Source: Chromera velia (lineage: Eukaryota). Taken from it: a stretch of 54,171 nt of DNA. The position numbers and the translations under genes were made by a program. The notes below the pieces were generated by a model. The model was not told the origin of the DNA. It ran no database searches and saw only the letters and a program-made list of their open reading frames with translations. The stretch covers positions 1-54,171 of the forward strand of contig JAHBMJ010000206.1 in the NCBI GenBank assembly GCA_018398765.1, written 5' to 3'. This document shows positions 24,601 to 37,000 of the stretch, in pieces. Position 1 is the stretch's first letter; each line of letters opens with the position of its first letter.

Positions 24601-26362
24601 GAGAGTGTCACGTTGTGGTGGAATGAGAGACACACTGAAAAAAGTGAAAGTTGTGTTGCGCTGTGATTTGAACTGTCGAGACCCAATGAAGGTGAAGGTT
24701 GTGTATGAATTGAATCGACCCGCATTAACTCGGGCGAGATGACCGGTCTGTATGGGTCCGCCGACCCTCCCGGTCTCTTTTTCTTCTTTCCTGCTCCGAC
24801 ACCAACGTGTGGAAGGAAATGATGATGTCGATATTTTTCGAAGTGAGTATGCGTGACAGGAAGGAAATGGGAGACTGCCATTGCGTACATGAACACTCAT
24901 CAGGCGCAGGAATTAAACGTGAAAGAAAGAAAGAAAGAAAGAAAGAAAGAAAAGAAAGAAAGAAAGAAAGCAACGGTATGACTGTGTGCACTGGCTGTCC
25001 CGTCCCCTCCCCCCCTCCCACCTGATGTTCCCTTTCCTTCCGTCCCGCTGCGTGGAAGGTTTGAGGGACATGACTCAGTCCATTCAAAATAAATCAGGGA
25101 GGAAGGGCTGCGGATGTCCTGCAATTTTGTGTTATTGCTTGCATCACACTACTCGACAGTGCGAGAGAGACAGAGAGAGCTGTGTCTGTCTGTTTAATTG
25201 TTGCGTGCCATGCATCGAAGGGATTTATGCCTTGCCGCCATGAATCCTGGGTGCAGTTGTGTCCATATAAGCATGTGATGTACGTCTCTTGCTGCCAAAC
25301 TTTCTTGTTGTGTTATGAAGAAATTCCAACAAACCAAGCCGTGCGGTTTTGCTACGCATGACACCTGTGTCACTGCCGTGTATGCCGGCTCATCCCTGTG
25401 TTCCTCGTTGACTGGTTGGGTCTCTGTTTGCTGTGCAGACTCTGTTACGTTGATGGATCGAGGGCGTGTGAGTGACGTGTCCTCTTTCGTTTCTTCGTTG
25501 CTTCCTTCCCCCCTTCCGTTTCACGCATTGATTGTACATGCATGTGCGAGAAAGTGCGAGCTATCATACCGAGAGAGCGTGTCGCCATTCCCTTTTTTCG
25601 TCTGCATGAATGGATTTTGTCCCAATCGATTGTCTGCATCTGATTCCTCTTTTCTCCGGCCCTTTTTTCTTGACTTCGTCTTGTCTCATCTCATCTGGGT
25701 CTCTCTCTCTTTCCCTCTCTCTTCTTGTTCTTGAATGCTGCATCAACTCCCTCCAATGGTGTGCGAGGGCATGAAAGGAAGAATGTGTGTGTTTCTGGAA
25801 CCACCTTAAATGCCATCGAGGTCTGCCAATTCAAATGGTACCGACTGCCGTTCCGGTCGAGTGGTGGCTCACTTGCTTCTCGGCTATTCGTTAGATCGGC
25901 CTTCGTCTGGTGAGGACTCGGACGAGAACTGCCTTGCAAAATGAGGTACAATGATGAACTCCTATGCTAGCTCGTGTGGTGCCGCTTAAAGGCCCGCTTT
26001 TTGGTCTGTGACGGAGTCAGGCGCTGAAGAAGGAAGAGCGCGTAAGTGCATTGAGGGAGTGGTGCATCCAGACATGCAAAAAGAATCAATCACCGATCGG
26101 AGGTTTCAAAATGTAAAAAAAAATGAAACTATACATACAAATAGAGACTGGTCCGCCGAAAGTCTGGTCGTGAAGGTTCAATTTAACGGAACTTCAAGAT
26201 ACTTTAACTTTTTGTAAGACTCGGAGTGTCAATAATGAATTTTTAGATTTCGTTTGAGCGTTTCAGATTCAAATTTAGAATTAGTTTTTGTATTAATTCA
26301 TTAAAAAAATCTGTTTGCTAATATTTTTATCATTGTTAGTTTTTATAGTTGTATAGATTAAT

Positions 26363-26601
26363 CTAGGCGTCGACTAAAGAAAAAAAAAAAAAAATCCCCC
26401 CAAGCCCTTTACTTTTTTTCTTCTTTTTTTCTTTTGTAGTCAAACAACTGTTGTTTGAGTATTGCATAAGTGTTGTTCATGTGTTGCACAACTGTTGCTT
26501 AGTGTTGGTTAAGGTTAAAAAGTAGAAAGAAGAAAAAGAAAAAAAAGATTTCCCTGAATCACTTATTTTTTTTCTTTTTTTTTTCTTTAGCCGACGCCTA
26601 G
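26363..26601. mobile_element. 239-bp MITE with terminal inverted repeats and an 8-bp target-site duplication (hAT-like)
   Basis: Left end CTAGGCGTCGACTAAAG(A)n; right end (T)nCTTTAGCCGACGCCTAG (1 mismatch in 17 bp, plus complementary A/T runs). AGATTAAT flanks both sides (26355-26362 and 26602-26609). No coding capacity. Confidence 0.85.
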
Positions 26602-26886
26602 AGATTAATTTCTTAAAAAAGATTCATTCAAATTTATTCAACTAAATTTGAGCACTATATTCAAAACTAATTTCAAAAGTTGAAAGATATACTACTAGGA
26701 TATTGTAAACAAGTCGCTGAAGTTCAGAATAAAACTGTTTCCGACACTAGTTCCGACATGCACTACCTCCCCTGCCTATCACTACAGACGTCTAAAACTA
26801 GGGGCTACCCATTTACTATAGTATGAATGGGTGATCATACTGACAAGTTATTAACAACACTGAAACTATTGCTCCCGGCCATAAAT

Positions 26887-28887
26887 TTAATTCTCTGTCA
26901 ACTGAGAAGAGACCCGCCGGGATCCACGGAGTCCCCCCCGTGGCTTCACAGCTGTAATCATATAAGTCGTACCTACAGGGGGAGAGAAAGCAAAGCGGCG
27001 GAAGGGAAACGAATTTGGGCATTGATGCGAGGAATGGAAAGTTGACGGGGGAGGTGGGGTGAGAGCAAAGACCGAAATCGTATCGAGATGAAGAATCCAA
27101 CCATAGACGAACTGGTAATGGACAGCACGATGTCGACACATTCGTTTCTTGATGACTGTTGGGTAACCGGAGAGAGTGGTGAAGCGGTTTGATTGAAATG
27201 ACAATTTCCTTAAAAAAGAGAAAAGAGTGACGCGAAGCTTCAAATGAAAGAACGCATTGGAGTGCACTATCAATGGATCTGAGGTTGAAGGAAGATCTTC
27301 AACAGACTGGTCGGGGAAGAGGGGAAGGAGAAAAACCGTCCATCTCTTTGTGAAAGTGCCAGCCGTCTCTCTGAAGAGATACAAAACATGTCTCACCGAG
27401 GCCTGATCTTTTTCCCCTTTCGCTTGCCTTTTTCTCTTGATGTTCTTCTTCCAGTCCTCTCTCTATCCTCACCACTCCACTCACCAAAATGTCGACGCCG
27501 CACTTCCTTCACGTCAAAACCGGCCTGCAGGGAGAGAGAGAGAGAGAAACACAGAGAGCCAAAGATCTGTGCGTGCGTGTGTGAGAGAGGGAGAGAGAAA
27601 CCGTGCGCATCCTGCTGTAGTTCTCGTCCCTTTTCTGTTCTGTGCCAAGAGAGGAAGGACCTGGACGAAAAGGGGGAGAGACAATTAAACTCAGACAGAG
27701 ACTGACTGACTGACCTCGTCCACCAAGCTCAAAATGTCGCGATCGTAGAAACACCCAAATCTGTGAGAGACAGGCGTGAGGTGAAAACACATGATCGCTC
27801 ACACGAGCACGAACGCTTTTTCGTCTCGTCCTCGTGGAGTCCCCATCTCAGCCTCATGAGGGCGGGGGGGCATGTAAGGAAAAAGGAAGCCGATCGTGAA
27901 AATGAGGCGCGGACGTAGTGTGGGACTCCTTGAAAGATACGCAAACCCAAAAGAATTCAAGAAAGAAAGGATACACAAGCTTCCGGCTTCTCGTTTTCTT
28001 CTATAATGGCGCATACCTCCACAAAAAACTTAGTCCACGATCAAGGGACCGCAATCCTTCATTCAGCCAATCACTGCTGCCATCTTTCGTCTGGTCTGAG
28101 TGTTTCTCTGTCTGTCTATCTGTCCGTTCTTTCGTTTTGTCATCGATCGAGGACTTTCAAGGATCGGTCATATCGAAATGCCAACTGCTGCCTCAGTCGC
28201 TCTACAGCATCCGTTTCCCTCGCCCTCTGACTCACTGACTTTTTGGCATGTTTAATGGTTTTCTTGTTCAAATAATTCCTGCACCAACAGGCAGAAAAGT
28301 GCACTCAGAGAGAGAGAGAGAGATGTGTGAAAGGCGGGTGGCAATGCTCACAACCCGTGTGGAATTGAGAAAGGTGCAATTTGAGTTGAGTCTCCCCCTC
28401 CTGCCCCTTCAGCTCAACTCAGAGCTTGTTGAAACGAGAGAAGGAGAGATAAGAGGAGAATTAAGGGGCAAGAAAATTGAGGAGAAGGAAATGCGTGCAG
28501 CAAGTCAGATGGCAGTCCCGCGAGGAGACGTACAGTGCTAACTGACTGACGTGATTGCTGGGACCACTGCTTGACCGTGCTCAAGAAGAAGGAGTTCTCC
28601 ATCCTGCAAGCGATCGAACGAATTGACTGACGTTTGTGCTCTTTCAATTCAATTGATCGTTCAATCGCTTCTTCGATCGATCAAAAGAACACACACCGAC
28701 AAAAAAAGGCGATTGTACACACAGGCAGACAGACCACCATCTGTCTTCTCCCCACCCCCTTTCTCTCTTCATCTTTCTTTGCAGATAGACGGATGGCAGA
28801 CGGACTGACGCACGAGTGCGCGCGCGCGCACACACACACACATATATGTATACATATATATATGTTCATACAGACATCCATACATAC

Positions 28888-28925
<38 letters not shown>

Positions 28926-29881
28926 ACGCATGAGAAGCAGACAACGAAAGAATTTCAGCTCACATTCAACAAATTTCGTTGCAATTAAGAGACAGAAGTC
29001 GTTTTGAGCTTATGCGTGCCAGCACGTACGTACTTCGCATCAATGTATGTGTTCCCAAATGACCCTAGTGACTGATTGAGAGGTCAACATGAACACAGAT
29101 GGGCCCAAAAGAACCGATTCCTCCCCAGCAGGTTTTTGCCCCTAGCTCTCACTGGATCTTGGAGGAGAACCAAGCTTCAGCTTACATTTCCCCCCCAAGA
29201 AAGAGGCCGTCTTCAAACGCATGGAGAGACTAAACGGAGGATCGAGCCGACAGACAAAAACCACCTATCCACCCCAGCCAAGCCACGCTGAATTTGCACG
29301 AACGACCACCCCGACGGACGGACGGACCTTCTTGAGGACCCGCCCCATCTCTCTGAGGGACTCTACTGGCTTCTCATAAGAACATATGCCTGAACGCACA
29401 CACACACACACACACACACACGCGCACGCACACACGCACACGCACACGTGTACACTAACATGTACACGGAGGGATCGAAATAGCTGCGCGATGAGTATAC
29501 ATGCCGATGTATAAGGAACGCAAAAGCAGAAGTAAGGGAATTACAAGCAGACAGACGCGTAGGCACTCTCTGCTTTCTCTGTTTCGCCATCCTTACTGCC
29601 CTTTTCACTTTCTTCTCTGTCGTGCCTTTCACATGCTTTCTCAGGATAAAGGAAGAAAAAACAAATCACAATAGAGACAGGACGGCAGTGCAGATTCGCT
29701 TCTGACTTTCTCCCGTTTCCTCCACCGACAACGGCTCAACGAATAAATCTCAAGAAAGGAAACCGACCGACCGACCGACCGACCGACCGACTGACTGACC
29801 GAATGTGTCTACAACACTGTCGAAAGTCTCGTCTGGAAACTCCGTCATCTGCATGCGCGCATTCAGAGAGAGAGAGAGAGA

Positions 29882-29922
<41 letters not shown>

Positions 29923-32900
29923 CGAGAGAGAGAGAGAGAAGGGACTTTAAGGAGGGAAAGGGAGAGGGACAAACAAAAAGAATGGAAGAAGAAGAATAAT
30001 CTCTTCTGTCTGTCTGTCTGTCTTCCGGAATGAGGCACCACCACAATTCTGTAAACATCGTCTTGCACCTCTTCTGTCTCCCCCTCTTCCTGTTGAGTTC
30101 TTTCTCTGCCTTCCAAATGAATCCAAAGGGACAAAACAATCGAAGCGAGAGAAAGATGAGGAGACCCCCATGGCCCTTGTCTCTTTGGGCCTCCCTCCGT
30201 GGGCATGCACTCTTTCTTGCTCTCACCCACCTTCAAACAATTGGAGACGACCAATCTGAGCGGGATGGGGTCTATTTTGGCTGCATCATTTCATTAAAAG
30301 TGATGCAAAACGAAGTAGACCAGTCGGGACGGACTACCGAGGAAATTCGTTTCACAGAAGCAATAATTTGTCCATGTCTGTCCGTTCAGCAGAGGCATTC
30401 CGCCTTTTCAAATATCTTCTTCAGAGAAAAACAAACACACGCACACACACGCACACAGGAACCACGAACGATGCCCTTTTCACCTCCGTTCTTCTCAGAC
30501 ACACTGGTAGAAAAGGAAAGGCACGTTTGTATGAGGTAGAAAAGGCACACAGGAACAAACAAAAGCAGTGCGCAAAAATACCTTTCTTCTGTTCTGCCAC
30601 TTTAAGCATGGGACGGGAGAAGTCTGTACCCTGCATGCACAGCATTGAACCAAGCAATCAAGGAACCAAGCAATCAAGGAAGCAAGCAATCAAGGAACCA
30701 ATCAATCAAGGAACCAAGCAATCAAGGAATCAAGCAATCAAGGAACCAAGCAATCAAGGAAGCAAGCAATCAAGGAACCAATCAACCAAGGAACCAATCA
30801 ATCAAGGAACCAAGCAATCAAGGAAGCAAGCAATCAAGGAACCAATCAATCAAGGAGCCAATCAATCAAGGAACCAATCAATCAAGGAAGCAAGCAATCA
30901 AGGAACCAATCAATCAAGGAACCAATCAATCAAGGAACCAATCAATCAAGGAGCCAATCAATCAAGGAACCAATCAATCAAGGAAGCAAGCAAGCAAGGA
31001 ACCAATCAATCAAGGAACCAATCAATCAAGGAACCAATCAATCAAGGAAGCAAGCAAGCAAGCAAGCAGTCAACAAGACGAACAAGGTAGTAACACAAGT
31101 TGTGAGGAAAGAAGGAAGGAGAAGGCTGAGACAAAAGACATGTACGCCCTCCGCAGCGATGCTTCTCCTGAAGAAGAACAGAAAGGAAAGAAGGAATTTG
31201 GGTCGAGAGAGAGAATCTGCACCCCCCAAAAGAGAGGGAGGGGCTATCGAGGTGTGCGTCCCCTGTTCTGCCCCCAGAGGACAATCTCGCCTTCTGCAGG
31301 TCGCCTCGGGACGTTTTTCTTCTTTCAGAAGTTCTTTTCTGTCTGCCCTCCTAATATAAAGACAGGAGAAGTCAGCTGACCTTCCTTTCTTGCCTTATGG
31401 TGACTTCCTTTCACTCTCAGTAAGCCACACAGTACAGGCAAAGGGCAAAAAGACATTCAGAGACGTGGAAGTCACTACATGCAGACCGTGCAAAGCTAGG
31501 CCGAAGTTGAGCCAGCACAGTTCCCCTGCATGCTCTGAACAAAACATCTGTTCCTTTCCAAAAGCAATGCATTGTCTGTTCTGTTGTGTTCTGTTCTGTT
31601 CTGCCAGTCGATGCCTTCCCACCCTTAGCCAGATTGTCTGTCTGGCTGCGGGGTCGGATCCTCCTCTTTTTTTTCGTTTCTTTTGCTCCGCTCTCTTTTT
31701 GCTTGCTGCTCTTCTCCAGCACTTCATTTCTGTCTGTTTGCCTTGCTGGCTGGCTGGCTGGCATACCGTTATCGATTTTACTTTTGGAAGCAGGTAGTAG
31801 TCAAAATTTCGTCCTGTGCCTGCAGTCAGTCAGGGAGCGTCTCTACCGATCAAGCAAGGGCTTGCAAGGATGGTTGGTTCAATGGTGTGTGTGCATGGAA
31901 ATCCGGAAAGAAATGAGATCGGAGGGAGACCAGTAAAGAAAAGAAAAGGAGAGGCAAGAAGCGAAAAAATATACACCAATCAAAGAGGAGGAAGGGCAAA
32001 GAAAGAACCTGAGATTTCCAGATACCATGCAGACTTTTGGAATGCAGAAAATTGACCGACCGTCGAGGAAGAGAAGACAGACAGGTAAAGGGAATAGAGA
32101 CAAAGAAGCAGGGAGAAAACACACAGAGCAGAGCACATTTGTCGATGGACACTTGACAACCTACATTCCTGTCCATTCTAACGCGATCATACAAGCGGAC
32201 AAAAAGAGAGAAAAAACAAAAACAAAACAAAGAAAGATGAAGGCCGACCCACCGATTGCCACTTCAAGAACGTCTCCCCGTGCTTTCTGAATCAGCCGCC
32301 GTCTCCATCCCTGAACTCCATTGAACTGCATCCACCACACACGCACAAGAACACGCAAAAGATCAGCAACCAGCATTCTCGATTAGGATGTGGCTTTTAA
32401 GGTATCTGTGCAAGCACCGCATCAAACTGTATTCATTATAAAAAGACATGAAAGACAGAGTTTTGGCCGAAACGAACGGCTAGTTTCAGATGCAGTTTCT
32501 TTCCATCAGCCATCGAGGTCGGTCAAAAAGACTGGCACCTCAACACATATACCGACATGTGCTTCGATAAAAAAAACAACACAAACACACTTCGGAGAGG
32601 CTCCCTGATCTGCAAACAGTTGGTCAGTCACACAATCATGAGGAGAAACAAGCAGAGCAAACGCAATAATAAGACACACTCCAGCACACGAACCCCCATC
32701 AAAACCAAACGCCCTTTCCCCGGATCCCACCTCCCTAGTGCATTTTACCGACCGCCTCATCGACATAAACAACGTTGTCGTACACAGTCGCGAGTTTGTC
32801 GAATGTGTCTCTTCTCTCTTTCTCTGCAGCAGACGAAAGGGGAAAGGGAAGGTGGGGGGGCTTCAGGAGAGGAAGAGACTCAATGCACATGATGGACGCT

Positions 32901-33042
32901 CTGCCTACCTCTGCCTGTACACACCTGTCGGAGGACTCTCCTTGTTAGACTTTCTTAACAGAGAGGCATAGCCCAGGTAGAAGCCCCCTGCGACCATCAC
33001 AGCACCCCCCCCGACTGTAGCTGCTGCCCTCCCAAGACTCAT
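26887..33042 (-). CDS. OMS1: OMS1/METTL7-like class I SAM-dependent methyltransferase (Methyltransf_11 type) with an N-terminal TM helix; 13 exons, 262 aa
   Basis: Exons 33042-32925, 32823-32753, 32325-32253, 31819-31767, 30630-30582, 30280-30231, 29848-29800, 29389-29328, 28603-28551, 28278-28240, 27760-27715, 27524-27485 and 26972-26887; all GT-AG and phase-consistent (789 nt). Protein: MSLGRAAATVGGGAVMVAGGFYLGYASLL...FDKLATVYDNVVYVDEAFNGVQGWRRRLIQKARGDVLEVAIGTGRNFDYY...SITGTDFSRPML...FPDETFDSVVDTFGICSYEKPVESLREMGRVLKKDGELLLLEHG...KFGCFYDRDI...RRHFGTTYMITAVK. Orthology to OMS1 specifically is recalled from motif similarity, not searched. Confidence 0.9.
30647..31068. repeat. 16-bp minisatellite (AACCAAKCAATCAAGG variants), ~26 units, inside methyltransferase intron 4
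   Basis: Tandem aaccaagcaatcaagg / aagcaagcaatcaagg / aaccaatcaatcaagg units. The ORFs 30368-31090 and 30645-31379 are repeat artefacts. Confidence 0.93.
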
Positions 33043-33379
33043 CCTCTCTTTCCCTTCTCTGTGGTTTTCTTTTTCCCCTTCTCTCTGTGTTTCCCTCTTT
33101 TTCTGGCCCCTACTCTGAAACTGAAATAGCTACAAGGTCCAGAAGATTTCCAGCCAGACAGTTCTGCCCCAAGGCTCCATCAAGATGACATCAGTCAAAG
33201 ACAAAAAAGAGACGGCACTTGACAAGGAGCACCACAGAGAAACAGACAGGCAAAAAAAAGAACTCCCACTTGCCCCAGTCACTCCAGATGAAGACACGGG
33301 GATTATGGAGAGAAAACTCCACATGAGACCATGCTAGAAAGCGTTCTGACCACAAGGAATGCACACAGACTGGATGGAG

Positions 33380-33665
33380 ACGGAGTGTACACGTACCGGT
33401 GTGTGGAGACGGCTAGGACTGACTTAATTTTGTGCCACGCGTAGAGCTAGGAGCGCGCGCGCTGTGCGAGCGCATTTGTTCAAAACAAAAACTATATATG
33501 CATGCATGTTGCGCATGCGTGCGTGCATGTGCGTGCATGCAATTAATGTGCATATAATGTGCATGCATGCATGAATGCAAGCATATGTTAATTTGATCTC
33601 AAGCATGCAGTTAAATCATCCCGGCCGGCCTATGTGTACAGCTAGCTTGCTGCATGTCTATAGCT
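33380..33665. promoter_or_regulatory. TGCATGCA/GCATG-rich probable bidirectional promoter (methyltransferase and giant coiled-coil gene)
   Basis: Lies between divergent ATGs at 33042 (-) and 34051 (+). Dense TGCATG(CA) cluster at ~33495-33660, GTGTACAC at 33385 and a GCGCGC tract at ~33453. Confidence 0.5.
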
Positions 33666-34050
33666 GCTAAGATAAGTCAGAAAAGGTGTTCATGAGCTCT
33701 TATCGATTGTCACATGATTTGACAGTGGTCAGCAAACGCAAACCCGCACCGTCGATCTATATATCGCGCACCCGTTCACTGACTCTTTCTGTGGAGACGA
33801 GCTCCACGGAGGAAAGAAAAACGATCTGTGCCCCTGTTGCATTCCCTTTTCACTCAACGAAGCTTCGGGAGTTTCCTTCTAGAAACTTGTTTGAAAGGTG
33901 CTTGACATAACTTTCTTCTCTGTGGCAACACTTCTGCCTACTTTGTCCCATTGTAAACACCCTCACCGCTTTTGTAATTTTGTGTCACTCTTGCACATTT
34001 CCAAATCGATTGACACTGTGAGACAGAGCGAGAGAACGTAGCTGCGTGGG

Positions 34051-37000
34051 ATGCAGAGAGGCTCCAGCCGTCGTGTGGATTTTTTAAGGAGTGCCTCTGC
34101 GCCCCTTGTCTCCCTTCCTGCTGAGGCCAGGGAAACCGAGATAGAGGCAATCCCCAGACGCACACAGACACAGCCGTCCTCTGTCTCCAGATTCACCAGC
34201 AGCTTCTCGAAGTCCGTCCTCTCATCCTCCAAGATCCGATCTTCAGGGTCCTCCCAAAAGAACCGGACCCAAAAGACATCCTTGCCTCGTCCCATGCGAT
34301 CAAGAAGCGCCTCCTACAGCCCTCGAAAGTCTGGAGCAGTGCGCACAGCTGGAGCAGTCTCCCCTCCGCGCACAACTTCCCCCAGACGCACACAAATCAT
34401 TCAAAGGGGACCTAGACACACAAAGCTCCAGAAAACAACATCAGCCCCGAACAGTGTCACGACATCACGGCCGCGCAGCCCAAAGGGAACAGTGCCTAAG
34501 AGAGCTTCAACCAGAAACGTGGGGGGAACTTCAACCCCCAGACCCAAATCACCCACAAGGTCACTTCTGCGGCCCAACTCTCCAACCCGATCACCCCGGA
34601 GTAAATCTCCCACGAAGTCACCCAAAGCCAAGGCGGCTCCACAGAAACCCGTTTCTTCTTCCTCAGTCACATTCATCGGATGCGGCCTATCGTTCCCCCA
34701 CTCCCCCCCAGAGTTCCCCCCCCCCACGCAGACCCATATCGAGTTCCCTCTCGGCCAACACACACAACAAACGAACCAAACACAGCAGGGCCAAGAACCA
34801 CAACAGCCACAAGGAGCGACACACGAGCACCTCCTTCTCAGCCGTTCTTCGCCTCTGAATGCTACCGCCTCTCCTCTGGCCCTTTTCCCCAATCAGACTT
34901 CCAATAGCCCCCCTCAAACAAAAACAAACGGCAAATGGAGCCCCCCCCAGGGTGTTACAACCCCTCCGCATGTAGACCGTCAACCTCCCCGCACACCCAC
35001 CAGCAGACCCACCCACACCGCCTCCTTCTCCTCCCCGCACCAACCCGCAGTCGAGCCCTCCCCTCTTAGCTCGGCCCCTCTCAACGAGACACATGACGCC
35101 GTACGCATATTCCGTCTGGCAGAGATGGAGGCCTCAGAACAGTCCTTGATGGAGAATGCCGAGCTCAGAGCTGCCGAGCTAAGGGGCCTGGAGGCTGCCG
35201 TGGGTTCTCGAGAGTCCCGCATCGGCGAGGCGCACAGGGCGCTGGAAGCCTACGGTTCTCGTCTGGAGGGGGAGCGGGTGAGGCTGGAGGTGGAAAGGGG
35301 GGAGGTGGCTGCCCAGCGACATGCGATGAGAGAGAGAGTCGAACTCAGTCGGGGAGAGACAAAAGCACGTCTCTCCAGTCTTGGCATGAGGGAAGCGGAG
35401 TGTGTTTGGAAAGAGCCCGAGCTAAGAGAAAAGCAGCGGACGCTTGAAGGGAAGGAAGAGAGTTTGGAAGTCGCAAGGAAGCGTTTGAGTGAATGGCATC
35501 AAAAGAGACAGCAAGAAGAGGAAGCAAGAATGGCGAGAAGAAGGAAGGAGGCGGAGGAGGAGGGAAGTAGAGCGAGAGACCAAGTACTTGCAAGAGCCTC
35601 TGCAGAGGCAGACGAAGCCAGACAGGCACGTGCTTCCGCTGCTGATGCTCAGGTTCAATTATCTTATCTCCTCCATGCCAATCAAAACCTTCATTCTTAT
35701 CTGCAATCTCAGGCAGCAGGCCTCCAAAGGTCCGGTTCTCTGCTTTCCCAAGAGAGGGAAGATCTGTCCAGGAGGCAGACGGAATTGGAAGAAATGAGAA
35801 GGGACCTGGAGAGGGAGATTGAGACTCAAAGAGCAAAAGCGCAAGCAGAGGAAACAGAGACGCACGCGAGAGAAGAGGATGTGCAGAGAGCGACAAGAAG
35901 TGTCGAAGAAGCGAGAGCAGCCATACAGGAGTTAAACGCTCGACAGGAAGCCCTTGAACTGTCTGCTCTTCAGCTGGCGTCTTTTCGGGAGGCTGCTCGC
36001 GTTGAGGCTGCCTTTGTGGAGGCACAGAGAGAGGATGCGTCTAGGTTTTTGGCGCATGTGTTTGAGGAGGGAAGAGCAGAAGCCGCGGAAAGCAGTCATT
36101 GTTTGAGTGGAATGATGGAAGAGGCAGAGAGAAAAGAGACTGATGTGCAGAGAAGGGAGAATCAACTGAAGATTCAAGCGGACAGACTGCAAGAAGCACA
36201 ACTAAGGTAGGCACCGCTGTCTACAAGTGAGTGCGTGTGTGCATGAGCGTGTGTGAGAGACAGTATGCATGTACGAGTGTGTGTGTGTGTGGGNNNNNNN
36301 NNNNNNNNNNNNNNNNNNNNNNNNNNNNNNNNNNNNNNNNNNNNNNNNNNNNNNNNNNNNNNNNNNNNNNNNNNNNNNNNNNNNNNNNNNNNNNNNNNNN
36401 NNNNNNNNNNNNNNNNNNNNNNNNNNNNNNNNNNNNNNNNNNNNNNNNNNNNNNNNNNNNNNNNNNNNNNNNNNNNNNNNNNNNNNNNNNNNNNNNNNNN
36501 NNNNNNNNNNNNNNNNNNNNNNNNNNNNNNNNGGGGGATAAGCGCAGTCCCTCCGTATTGCTTGTCTAAGATCGCTTTATTCAGGTGGAAAAAGGAGAGT
36601 GACTCGTTCGACAGGACAGAAGGGGATATAGAGCAGGCACGAGTTATGTAAATTGTTGTGTTTTCTTTGTCTTTCGTGCAGGGCCCGGAGAGAGATGCTT
36701 GAGGCAGCTCAAAGAAAGGAGGAGGCGGAGCGAATCCTTGCAAAGGCTGCCATCGAGGGAAAGGCGCTGTCGGAGGCCCAGAGAGAGGCTGAGGGGCAAA
36801 TTCGAAGGAACTCCGCCGAAAGGGAACAGGAAATTGAGCGACAAGAGGAGGAGAGGGAGAGGGAAAGACTAGAAGCCCTACAGAGAGAGATGGCAAGAGA
36901 GAAGGAAATCAAGGCTCTCCGATATCAGTTCGAATGCGAGCGGCAGGATATAGAGGCAGAGCGTTTTGTGATTGCCATGAGGGAGCAGAGACTTCAGGAG

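Noticed and set aside
30368..31379. 240-244 aa repeat ORFs (NQGTKQSR...)
   Set aside because: Translations of the intronic 16-bp minisatellite, antisense to the methyltransferase gene.
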